Source of the DNA: Candidatus Bathyarchaeota archaeon
Lineage (GTDB): Archaea > Thermoproteota > Bathyarchaeia > Bathyarchaeales > Bathycorpusculaceae
Reading direction: 5' to 3'
DNA: 64,000 bases
Assembly: GCA_963775685.1 (NCBI GenBank)
Contig: CAVZJV010000014.1
Coordinates: 1,152,001-1,216,000, forward strand
Positions 29,696 to 39,256 of this stretch are shown piece after piece. Under the pieces are notes generated by a model. The model saw only the letters and a program-made list of their open reading frames with translations. It had not been told where the DNA came from and did not search any database. The position numbers were made by a program, and so were the translations under genes. How positions within the stretch are numbered: position 1 is the first letter of the stretch; the number at the start of each line of letters is the position of its first letter.

Positions 29696-30082
29696 ATATT
29701 TGGCTCTTTTGTTTGGGGTTCTGTTTGTAAGTGTTTTCGAAAGGCTTCAAAGAATGGGAAATAAGGAACTGCCGCGGTTTGGTTAAATGCAGTTCTTTCA
29801 AGTTTGTTTTCACAAGTAACGTTTATTTCAGTCTTAGAAACTGTTGCGGAAATATTTTTCTCTAGACACCCTGAAAATTTAGGCAGTTCCAATCCTAAAA
29901 AAGATGTAGTCGCCGTCTGGGCTGTTTAATATTGTATCAAAAACTTCTTCAAACATAGTCTTAACTCAAAGAATTTAGTAGGGAAATGTTCTCCTTTCTC
30001 CAAGACTAAGTTGATCGGTTAGTTTAAGAAGGATATTCCAAAAACGGCAATATAACCCAGGAGGGCAGCAGACAAGTTTTGC

Positions 30083-30385
30083 TTATCTTGCCCAGCAGGG
30101 TCCATAGCCATATCGGTTGCCATAGCCGCCTTGATAGGGAGTTGGAGTTGGAACTGTGCCATCTGTGGGCGCTTGAGGTGCTACATACTGGCTTCCGTAA
30201 CCTTGGTTTACTCCGTAGCCAAAGCAGTTGCCAATCCATCCCCAAAATCCATTGTTTGGAGCTTGATCAGGGCTTGTGGTTGTGTATGGTTGGTTTGCGG
30301 CGATTTGGGCTGAAGCCAACCCAACAGCGACCAAGGTCAGCGCCGCCACAGCGACCAAGGCAAATATAATTTTTGTTTTTTGCAT
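30083..30385 (-). CDS. Small secreted Gly/Tyr/Pro-rich protein
   Basis: Signal peptide then low-complexity GYG repeats ending GPCW. Confidence 0.65.
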   Translation of the reverse strand: MQKTKIIFALVAVAALTLVAVGLASAQIAANQPYTTTSPDQAPNNGFWGWIGNCFGYGVNQGYGSQYVAPQAPTDGTVPTPTPYQGGYGNRYGYGPCWAR

Positions 30386-30767
30386 GTGTTTATCACCATA
30401 TTACCATATGTGCATGGGGGCTTATGGTAATTGGCTGAAACAAAACTGAAACAGTTTTGAAACAGAATTGAACCATCATTTCTGCATTTAATGAGCCCCA
30501 CCTTTAGTTTTTTATCCATCAAAAACAGGTTTTGTGTTTATCTGTTGTACAGTTGACTTTGGGACAATAAATATTGATTTTGACGACATATTTTACGTAT
30601 TGATTTGTATTTGTGTTGAACATTTAGATCCCGAAGCAGGTTTTGGTATGCTTGGGTTATGTGCGAGGGTTTATGTGGCGGTTTACGCACTATGAAGTCA
30701 GAAGAAATATGTCTTAAAAAGACACATTGTATTTCTGCACAACACAACAACAGGAGAAAAACAATAC

Positions 30768-31166
30768 ATGAATAAAAACTGCCAACAACAAGTCCAAACA
30801 AAACTCGCCAAAGGCCTCTTAGACATGATAATTCTGCAATTCCTTGGACACGAGTCCATGCACGGATACCAACTTATCACTAAAATCCGCAAGAGCTTCG
30901 GCGTCTACTTTGGACCAAGCACAATATACCCTTTGCTAGGACTACTGGAGAAAAAGGGATGCGTGAAGAGTGCTTGGAATATGGACTCAGAAAGGCCCCG
31001 AAAAGTATACAGCCTAACTAACGAAGGCAAAAGTCGTCTAAGCTTCACCGAAAGTTCCCTCAACTTAATCTGCAAAAATTTGGAAATCGACAATAAAATC
31101 CAATTAAAGACAGCCTCTATATTTGTCTGTGAGGTAAACGCCTTACATAGAACGCCTCACGTCTAA
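30768..31166 (+). CDS. PadR-family transcriptional regulator
   Basis: GLLDMIIL, MHGY.L, STIYP.L..LEK.G, RPRKVYSLT.EG. Confidence 0.9.
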   Translation: MNKNCQQQVQTKLAKGLLDMIILQFLGHESMHGYQLITKIRKSFGVYFGPSTIYPLLGLLEKKGCVKSAWNMDSERPRKVYSLTNEGKSRLSFTESSLNLICKNLEIDNKIQLKTASIFVCEVNALHRTPHV

Positions 31167-31343
31167 AGTAGGGATTTCGATTATTTTTTAGTTTCTTTAG
31201 CCTTGTGGATTTTCGGTAAAATTACCTGAATCTCTCTTCACTTTCAAATCAGCCCCCACTAGTGAACAAGGTAGTTTTGGGCGACAGTTTAAGAGCCAAA
31301 AACTGCCTTTTGCCATCCTTCAACATTTAGGAGAATTATCAAA

Positions 31344-32169
31344 TTGACTCAAAACTTAGTAGTCAAGCCTTCGCTATCTCAACCAGTTTTTCCATTGAAC
31401 ATAAGAGTTGTTAACGAGGTTTTTCCGGGATTCGCGGTGGGAGATTTTGCAGTTCTACAAGGCCCCGTTTCATCTTTGACATCTCTTTTATGTGTAAGAG
31501 CACAGCTTCCAACTCAATTAGGCGGGTTGAATAGTAATGTCATTTTTATCGACGGGGGGAACAGCTTTAGGCTTTATCAAATTGCCCAGTTAGCCCGGAT
31601 TCATCGCCTTAACCCAAAAAAAGTCTTGGATAACATTTACATTTCAAGAGCCTTTACAGCCTATCAAGTGGCTTCACTCGTTAAGCATTACCTTAAAGAA
31701 ACCATTAGAGAAATACAGCGCTAAGCTTGTGATAATTTAAGATATTGCCGGTTTCTTTCTAGACAAAGATATTCCTGAAGATGAAGCACAAAGAATCTTT
31801 GGTCAAGTAGCGACTTTTCTTTCAAATTTTGCCCGAGAATCCCAAACAATAATCATTGCAACCTACCCACAACACGCGAAGAGGCCAAGAAACGATCTGC
31901 TCCACTACCAAACAACCCGAAAAGCAAACGTTGTATTGTCCTTAAGAAAGACAAGTTACGCCCGGCAGTTTGTACCTAAAAAGCATCCCTATCTTTCCTC
32001 GGGCGTTGCTGAGTTGCCAGTAGAGGACTTGACGTTAGAAGATTTTGTGGAGGCGAATGCTGTTATTCCAGTTTTCGTTACCTGCAAAACGGAAAACGGT
32101 TTAGTTCCATTAACTGACTATGATTGTCTAATTTCTAAATTTGAGGATTCGCAGAAACAAATTGCATAG
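31344..32169 (+). pseudogene. Degenerate RadA/RecA-like protein lacking Walker A, disrupted
   Basis: QLP..LGGL.S.V.FIDGGN.F, I.ISRAFTAYQ; no GKT; stop/frameshift near 31724-31740 with continuation DI..FFLD. Confidence 0.7.
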
Positions 32170-32234
32170 AAACAGTTATGCATTTTCGTCTCAGACTGCT
32201 CCGTATTTCATAGACAACAAACACTCTTTTAATA

Positions 32235-32435
32235 TTAAAGATCGCTTTTGATGCTGTGCAACCGTCGATAAAAAAGCATATCCACAAGCACCAATAATAC
32301 TAATGCGATCAAAACCACAGCCAAGTATTCGGGGCGTCCACTGCCTGTTGAAACACGAATACCCAATTCTATACCATAAACTCCAATGATGATTGTCACG
32401 ATTACGGTTACTAAAAATCCTATTTTTGCGTTCAA
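32235..32435 (-). CDS. Small two-TM membrane protein
   Basis: Two hydrophobic helices, 66 aa. Confidence 0.5.
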   Translation of the reverse strand: MNAKIGFLVTVIVTIIIGVYGIELGIRVSTGSGRPEYLAVVLIALVLLVLVDMLFYRRLHSIKSDL

Positions 32436-32648
32436 AGCGGCTTCTTCTAATATTTACGTTTGCGTTCACTTATTTCTCTTTCTGAATATAAACATTCTAA
32501 GTCTCACAAAGAAGAGGGAAAAACCGATAGGAAGGCTTAAAGAAACAAGTCAATATTAAACTAAAGGAGCAAAGAAATTTGAAAAAACACAGCGACAACT
32601 TATTCACTCTTGACTTTTTCGGAGAAGCTTGGTTTTAGGTGAAAATAT

Positions 32649-32822
32649 ATGAAAGATTTTAAGTGTCCAATATGTGGCGGACCAACTGAAAAGGTTTGGG
32701 AAAACGCAACCAGAACAAGATATGGAATGAGATGCATAAAAGGCCACGAAAACACAAGTAACAAATCAGATGGTTCAAAACAGTACCCGGTAATTCTTGT
32801 TTCAAGTGAAGATCTTGTCTAG
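32649..32822 (+). CDS. CPxCG zinc-finger microprotein (57 aa)
   Basis: MKDFKCPICGG...RCIKGH; GGTGA ribosome-binding motif upstream; below the ORF-track cutoff. Confidence 0.6.
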   Translation: MKDFKCPICGGPTEKVWENATRTRYGMRCIKGHENTSNKSDGSKQYPVILVSSEDLV

Positions 32823-32918
32823 TTAAGAATGGCTGCCTTTTTTGCTGGAAAATACTGCAGGGAAATTGTTATTTGATTTCTGCTGACTTCCGCGTATTTT
32901 GTTATTGATTCTTGCATC

Positions 32919-33911
32919 TTATTTTCGGAATATTGGATCTGGATCGTTTAGGCTGCCATATAGTGCGTGTGCAGATTCTCTGCAGCCTCCCTTGCATTTG
33001 CCAATTTTGTCGCATCCTATGCACATCTTGGGTGTGTAACGCAATTCCACAAATCCTTTGATATAATCGGAGTTTTCATAAATTTCTTTAGGATTTGATT
33101 CCAAACAATTACCCAAAACTTGAGGAGAATGATTGCAAACTCTAAGACCCCCCGAAGGATCGATGGCGCAGTGAATACCTTTTCCTGCCATGCAGCCTTC
33201 TTTAAGAAGGAACTTGTAATTTCGCAATCCCTCAAGACATAACGGTGTTGGAGTACCCACCAGAGCAGGAATGCCATATTCATCACTTGCTTCCTCTGTA
33301 AGATTTAACATTTGCAAAAGCTCATTTTCATTAAAAGCCAAGTCAGTATTCTCTAGTCCTTTTCCACCAGGTAGGAAGCGATTTACCAAAACGGAGTTCA
33401 TGTCCAATCCAGCGGCAAGTGCAATAGTATCTTTTAGTTCAAAAAGGTTTAACCGATTAACGACAACAACAGCCGAGACTGAAACCTTGTAATCCATCAA
33501 GGCTGTTCTTCCCAGAATTGCTTTCTGAAAGTTGCCTATTTTGCCGGTTAGTTTATCATGAGTTGCCTGCAGTCCTTGCAGAGAAATCTGAACGACTTCA
33601 AAGTTCTGGGCTATTTGGCTGGAGAATTTTGATGCGAGTATTCCGTTAGTTAATAGAGAATTTTTAAAACCATTCGCTTTTGCGTATGCCGCTATTTCAA
33701 ACAGGTCTGGGTTTAGGAGGGGTTCTCCGCCGGAAAAACCCAGGGTATCTACGCCCCATTGTTTTAGTTTATCGATAATGGAAAAAAAGGAGGTTTTTGA
33801 GAGAACTTTTTCTTGGGGGTACTGGTGTTTGTTGGAGGTTCGCCAGGCGTTGTAGCAGAATTTGCATGCGGCATTGCATGAGTAGCCGACTTCCAAGATG
33901 ACGAATTTCAA
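32919..33911 (-). CDS. Radical SAM/SPASM protein (rSAM-3)
   Basis: CNAACKFC, SGGEPL, SPASM CMAG..C.IDP.G..RVC and CIGC-x5-CKGGC. Confidence 0.92.
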   Translation of the reverse strand: MKFVILEVGYSCNAACKFCYNAWRTSNKHQYPQEKVLSKTSFFSIIDKLKQWGVDTLGFSGGEPLLNPDLFEIAAYAKANGFKNSLLTNGILASKFSSQIAQNFEVVQISLQGLQATHDKLTGKIGNFQKAILGRTALMDYKVSVSAVVVVNRLNLFELKDTIALAAGLDMNSVLVNRFLPGGKGLENTDLAFNENELLQMLNLTEEASDEYGIPALVGTPTPLCLEGLRNYKFLLKEGCMAGKGIHCAIDPSGGLRVCNHSPQVLGNCLESNPKEIYENSDYIKGFVELRYTPKMCIGCDKIGKCKGGCRESAHALYGSLNDPDPIFRK

Positions 33912-34199
33912 TTAGCACTTCGCCTGAAGAGCAGCGATCTCTTTTAGGTGGGCTTCAAAGTGTGTGATGGCAACCTTGGCAAGTTTCGGGTCTAGTTTTT
34001 TGTTTTCAGCGAGTCGTTTTATTATGTTGATGCGTTCATTGAGGTGTTTCGCTATTACCCAAGGATGAGGGTCGGGTTCAGCAACGACCGTTTTGGCGAT
34101 TTCTGCATGATCAATTCCTTTGTTTAGGACTAGTTCCCACATTGGCGGAAAATAACAGATTGGCGGGCGGATGCGTATTCTATCAAAATTTTCGCTCAT
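33912..34199 (-). CDS. Small protein abutting rSAM-3, candidate substrate or partner
   Basis: Stop codon directly adjacent to the rSAM-3 start; PPICYFPP and EPDPHPW motifs. Confidence 0.65.
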   Translation of the reverse strand: MSENFDRIRIRPPICYFPPMWELVLNKGIDHAEIAKTVVAEPDPHPWVIAKHLNERINIIKRLAENKKLDPKLAKVAITHFEAHLKEIAALQAKC

Positions 34200-34867
34200 A
34201 AAAACCGCGTTAAATAAAATGCTTCATCTAAATATTAAAGCTTGAGGTTTCCGATTTCTTGATTGCAACCAAGCTCGATAAGTTAAACTCTCAAAGTGAT
34301 AGCCCTGAATTTTAACATGCCTCCTAAGGATTGGAAAGTCAATTCAGTTTTTGGTTTTAGTTCACTTTTGTTTGTTCATACATCATTGAGACGGTTATGC
34401 GTTTTCGGCTGAGACTACTGCAGATTTCGTTATTTATTCTTGTATCTTCTCTACCTTTGCTTTGCGTAATGAAAAAGAACGAATTTCCAGTTCTTCATTC
34501 TCCTCTAATTATCTGAGGGATAACTTGCTGAGCTGTAGACGGGTATTTTTGTATTGGAAGCTTTAAGCTTGCATATGGAAGTTCCACGGTTACTCGAGTT
34601 TTCCACCTCACATGGGGCATCTTCTCTTTATTGTATTTGAATTGTTGGAAGTTGGAGCGAGAAGTAGAAACAGAAGTAAATCTGGCGTTTTTATAGCAAT
34701 AGAAGCCACTGACAATGTTTCTGCCGCAACTGTCGCAAGGACATAGATAAATCAACCATAAAATTCGTTAACTTATCGTTCCTCGATTTTAAAAACAGCA
34801 TATTAAGGAAAATGGCTATTTTGGTTAGCTAACCGTTCTATTTGTGTTTGAGGCTTTTTAGAATAAT

Positions 34868-36068
34868 CTAAAAGATTGGTTTTATTTTTGAAAATAGGTA
34901 TTCTTGTAAGTTCGGCTGAAAAATATCTTGATTCTCAAAATAATTTTCTGCATAACACCCTCCAAGATAATCTCCTGCTATTCCTTTTTTTGAACAAGCA
35001 GACCGTAGCTTTAATCCAGAAACAAAGTCTAAGCGGCTATTTAAATTATAAATACCGTATTTAGTATCACCAAGTTTGGATAGTAATTGGCGATTATTCA
35101 AAGCTAAAACCCTACCACAGGCTGATATTTCTCCATTTGTATTCACACAAATCCGGCTTGTACCCGCTTCACAAACAAAAGAATTACTTTTTTTTAATTG
35201 CTCATGTTCGCCAATTTGTATGTCCCCACTTAACTTTATGTCGTTGCGCGACGAGTTTTTGTACCACATATACAATTTTTCTAAATTATGAACAAATTTT
35301 TCTCGGTCAATTAAAGGCCATTCCACACCGGTGGCATGCCCGATGATAAAGTCATTTACGCCTAACTTGTAAAGCCCTAAGACATCATCATATAGATTGG
35401 GAACGTTTTGGGGGGATACTGTCATTTTTGTGCCAATCCAGGGCTGACTTTCTTTTAATAATTGCATGTTTTTTATAGCTTTTTCGAAAGTACCTCTTCC
35501 AGATTTATCAATTCTGAATCTGTCATGAGATTCTTTTAAACCATCAATACTCAAAAGAACTTTAATTTTATGGGAAGAGAAAAAATCTGTCATTTCGTTA
35601 TTCAACAATAGGCCATTGGATGTCATGTCAAATTCAATTGATTTTTGTCTAACTGCAGCCCTCTCTTCGGCATAAATAGTTATTTCTTTTATAAGATCAA
35701 ATTCAAGAGTTGGTTCTCCTCCAAAAAAGAGAATAGTTAGATTCGTTTCATTTGCAGAATAATCAAGAAGAAGGTCTACAGCAGATTTAGCGATTGTTTT
35801 TTCCATGGATTCAGATGTTCTACAATTTTTTTCAAAACAATATTTGCAGGCTAATTGCACCTATTTGTTAGAATCAAGTCAAGTTTTGTTATAGGTGGAA
35901 AAATAGAAGAATTTGTATATAATATAATTTTGTAGAGTAATCTTTGACTTTCTTCGGATGAAATTCCTAGCTCCTCTCTTAATTTGCATATTAAGTCGTT
36001 CGTATCAGGAGAAGAACCAGCAAAAAACTCCTAGAAATCTGTTCGATAAAAAGTTCTCTGTCTATCAT
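34868..36068 (-). pseudogene. Radical SAM protein (rSAM-2), two apparent frameshifts
   Basis: LDLILTNRCN|LACKYC restores CxxxCxxC with one added base near 35853; second break near 36031; FFGGEPT, TSNG, SIDG..HD..R motifs. Confidence 0.82.
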
Positions 36069-36085
36069 GAATTAGATCTAGCCAT

Positions 36086-36298
36086 CTAAGGATGTAGTTT
36101 GTGGGTATAAGCATCGCTTGAGCACTTGTGAGGAGCCACGCAGTTATATACGTTCGAGCATTTGAATTTTAGAGTACACTTAAAGCCAAGAGCTCCGCTC
36201 TCCGCGATAGCCTTGACCGTTTCATCAGAACTCCCTATCTTTGCTGCAATACTTTTGGCAATTTTTTCTAATTCTTCCTCAGAAATTTTTTTTGACAA
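36086..36298 (-). CDS. Cys-rich candidate RiPP precursor (70 aa)
   Basis: Helical leader ISEEELEKIAKSIAAKI; core FKC-FKC-YNC-HKC with strict C-x5-C spacing; between rSAM genes. Confidence 0.8.
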   Translation of the reverse strand: MSKKISEEELEKIAKSIAAKIGSSDETVKAIAESGALGFKCTLKFKCSNVYNCVAPHKCSSDAYTHKLHP

Positions 36299-36302
36299 TG
36301 TC

Positions 36303-36536
36303 TTACCTCATAAGTTTTTTTGTAAACCCAGTAAAGCTATTCGAGCATTCAAAGTCATCACTACAAGAAAACAAACTAGCTTGGCAAGTAAAAGAACTAG
36401 CGTCACATGTATACTTAGAAGGTGTGTTACATGGGGTTGGTAATTCGCCTGCACGAAGGGCAACTGTTCCAATTTTTCCTTTTAGTTTCTCTGCAACTCT
36501 CGAAGCTATACGGTCAATTTCTTCGTCGGAAAGCAT
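36303..36536 (-). CDS. Cys-rich candidate RiPP precursor (77 aa)
   Basis: Leader LSDEEIDRIASRVAEKL; core YTC-FTC-FSC-FEC; ATG 36536 follows GGTGA. Confidence 0.8.
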   Translation of the reverse strand: MLSDEEIDRIASRVAEKLKGKIGTVALRAGELPTPCNTPSKYTCDASSFTCQASLFSCSDDFECSNSFTGFTKKLMR

Positions 36537-36788
36537 TTTTCTCACCTTTAATGTTAATCTTAATTAATTTATCTCATCCTTGACTTTAAGGAATTGTTGT
36601 TGTAAAAGCACAGTCACATCGTCTTTTATCTTTAATCGTATTTATTATGAAACAGGTCGTGCGGTTTTATCGAAGGCTACGGAGAAGAAAACGTAGAGAG
36701 TGAAGAAATTGATCCAAAAGGTTTCAGCTGCTTTGAAGAGGGCAAAGAAAAAGGGAAGGGAAAAGGCCTTACCTAACTCTAAGTAGCA

Positions 36789-37370
36789 CTAGGCACCTTT
36801 TCCTATTTCATTGGCTACGTCTTTGAGTTGTTTCTTAACTATATTGCGCATTTGGACCTCGCTAACTATTATTCCACTCTCTTTTGCAACAGCATCAGCT
36901 AAAGTAAGACCTATCGCGGCACTCATGGCAGCATTAATAACCGCTTTAGAAACCTTGTTTGCGATCTTATCAATTGACGAAGTAAAGTCACCATTATCAC
37001 ACTTATCACATGCTGGAGTGGGACCTGTACCACACGACCAACATGCTGGAGTGGGACCTGTACCACACGACCAACATGCTGGTTGAGGGCAATCTTCTGC
37101 TACAAGAGTCTCGCCGAAAGCTTGATTTAACCATTCCACATATTCAGGCATCGTTTTTTCAACGGCTTCATGTATGGCTGATTGCAGTTTTGTATACATT
37201 TGAGGATCAATCTTTTCAATTGAAGGGCTCCTCGAAAGGAGTTCCCGAAAACGTTTACTTTGCGCTTCAGTGAGTTTTTTAGCAGAAACTTTTGAGACCG
37301 ATTTTTTTGTTGAACGAGAAACACCTTGTCTTTTTAATTTTGCTTTAAGCGCTTTTTTAACTTTTGCCAA
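36789..37370 (-). CDS. 193-aa protein with internal Cys-rich repeat, candidate rSAM substrate
   Basis: Lys-rich N-terminus, CPQPACWSCGTGPTPACWSCGTGPTPACDKC core, then SIDKIANKVSKAV. Confidence 0.72.
   Translation of the reverse strand: MAKVKKALKAKLKRQGVSRSTKKSVSKVSAKKLTEAQSKRFRELLSRSPSIEKIDPQMYTKLQSAIHEAVEKTMPEYVEWLNQAFGETLVAEDCPQPACWSCGTGPTPACWSCGTGPTPACDKCDNGDFTSSIDKIANKVSKAVINAAMSAAIGLTLADAVAKESGIIVSEVQMRNIVKKQLKDVANEIGKGA
37008..37082. repeat. Perfect 33-bp tandem repeat (~2.3 copies), in frame
   Basis: ACATGCTGGAGTGGGACCTGTACCACACGACCA x2 plus ACATGCTGG; encodes PACWSCGTGPT on the minus strand. Confidence 0.95.
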
Positions 37371-37563
37371 AAATAATCACTAATATGACCTATGAAATGT
37401 CAGTTATTTATATTTATTGTTAATGCAACCTGCTCCAGAAATCAGGCTGCCGACCCTTCAATTTTTGGCTTCTATTGAATAACTTTACTGATTCTAACGT
37501 CAGCGTTCTTTATCGAAATCATTCAAAACAAATCCTTGAAGCAAAACGTTAGAGAAGGCATTG

Positions 37564-39048
37564 TTAGAGTTTGCGTTGTATTCGCTTCCGATTCTTTCTT
37601 TTGGAACTATTTTGTGATTTTGTTAGAAAATCATACGCCAATAACAATTTCAAAATTTCATTTTGGAAAGCACAGAAATAGTCTTCTTTTATGCCTAATT
37701 GACCAGTTTTGATATAGACATCGTATGCGCATGCACCACCGCATATTCCAAGTGCAGGGCAATTCATACATTCTTTGTTCTTTAGAGTCCCAAATTCAAA
37801 CCATTTATAAAAAAGTGGTTCTTCTTGAACTTTTAAATCATCTTTAATTGGAATTTGATATTTCCCCGACGGGTAGAAGGCTTGGCAAGGTCCAATTGTT
37901 CCTGAGGGAGAAAAGAATATTTGCTGACCAAATGCCGGGCAATCATATACGTGGAACATCTCTCTAAAGAAATATCTCGCCCTTCGCTTGTCTATCCGAT
38001 CTTCAAACATATGCAATTCTTTTGCTTTTAAGTACGCCTTAAAGAGATGATGAGCAAGTTGTTTTGGATCTGGCACTTCGAATTCAGTAGAGTCCTTGAT
38101 TCTAGTAAGCAAGTTAAAACCTAAACTCTTAATTCCCAATTTGTGAAAGAAATCTACTATTTCCTCCGCATATTCATAGTTCTGCTTGGTAATCGTGCAG
38201 GATATTCCCACATTTACGCTAGCTTCATTCAAGAGAGTTAGAGCTCTGAGTGTAGAATTGAAGGTTTCGATTCCTTCAGTAAAAACACGATTCCTATTAA
38301 TTCCATACCAACCATCAAGAGATAAGCCAACACTAACATTGTTTTCTTTAAGTTTTTTCGCTAATTCCTTCGTTACAAAGCTTCCATTCGTTACGCATGA
38401 AAAGGTAAACTTATTCTTGACTGCCCTCTCAAGCCTTTCGATTATATAAAAGATGATTTCGCTACTACTAAGAGGTTCACCTCCGTAAAATGTGACTTTG
38501 TACTCCTTAACTTCTTTTGCTGCTGTAATCAGAGCATTTATGACTTTGTCGGCTACCTCCTTAGACATTTTTACGCTCGGTCCTTTAAGAGAATTCTCTA
38601 TGAAGCAATAGCCGCATCTAAAGTTGCAGTAATCCGTTACTAAAACGTAGGATAGAAATGGAGACGGCGTCTTTCTAAGCATTTTGTCTGCCAATGTGCA
38701 AAAAACTCTCTCTCGATCAAAGCTTTGGGGCACAATAAATTCGAGATTAAGTAAGCTCTTTACAGATTCGCTAAGGCTATCCGTAGCCAGACCGGTTAAT
38801 ACAGAGATATATTCATCATTTTTTAGGTATACTTTCTTTAACGTCAAAGAATGGAAAAGACACTTCGTATCGTCATTTATGTTAAATATGTGAACGAACG
38901 GAGAAAACGTTAATTGATCAGATCCTTCTCGATGCGATTGCTCAATTGTCGCCTTTGCATTCAAAAGAGAACCATGATCTTTCTTAAGTTGCTTTTTGCT
39001 CGAGTTAGAAAGCGGAAAAGAAACCACCATGAATTCCAAAACCCTCAA
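37564..39048 (-). CDS. Radical SAM/SPASM peptide-maturase-like protein (rSAM-1) with N-terminal extension
   Basis: CNFRCGYC, FYGGEPL, SLDG, SPASM CPAFG..GPC and CMNC-x5-CGGAC..FC; ~130-aa N-terminal extension; true start may be downstream. Confidence 0.92.
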   Translation of the reverse strand: MRVLEFMVVSFPLSNSSKKQLKKDHGSLLNAKATIEQSHREGSDQLTFSPFVHIFNINDDTKCLFHSLTLKKVYLKNDEYISVLTGLATDSLSESVKSLLNLEFIVPQSFDRERVFCTLADKMLRKTPSPFLSYVLVTDYCNFRCGYCFIENSLKGPSVKMSKEVADKVINALITAAKEVKEYKVTFYGGEPLSSSEIIFYIIERLERAVKNKFTFSCVTNGSFVTKELAKKLKENNVSVGLSLDGWYGINRNRVFTEGIETFNSTLRALTLLNEASVNVGISCTITKQNYEYAEEIVDFFHKLGIKSLGFNLLTRIKDSTEFEVPDPKQLAHHLFKAYLKAKELHMFEDRIDKRRARYFFREMFHVYDCPAFGQQIFFSPSGTIGPCQAFYPSGKYQIPIKDDLKVQEEPLFYKWFEFGTLKNKECMNCPALGICGGACAYDVYIKTGQLGIKEDYFCAFQNEILKLLLAYDFLTKSQNSSKRKNRKRIQRKL

Positions 39049-39256
39049 ATTATTAAAAGTTTTCCCAAGGTTCTTAAAGCAATTTCAGTTATGACAAATG
39101 CAGTTTTCGATTACTTTTCCTTCTATCATATTTTTTCTTTGAAAATCCTCAAGAGGCAGAGAACCGCTAAACCGCTTCTCCAACTTTACTTCATTTAGAG
39201 TATAGCTACCTATACCACACTTAGTGACCGAAAACTATCCGCTTGGTCCCAACGTT

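Noticed and set aside
34495-34755. Cys-containing ORF between rSAM-2 and the 95-aa gene as another precursor
   Set aside because: No shared leader, only one FYC unit, and it looks like a disrupted Zn-ribbon fragment; insufficient support
35851-35853. Pyrrolysine read-through of the TAG in rSAM-2
   Set aside because: The radical SAM sequence continues in a different frame, so this is a frameshift and not recoding
37008-37082. CRISPR array
   Set aside because: The 33-bp units are contiguous with no spacers, in frame within a CDS, and no cas genes are present
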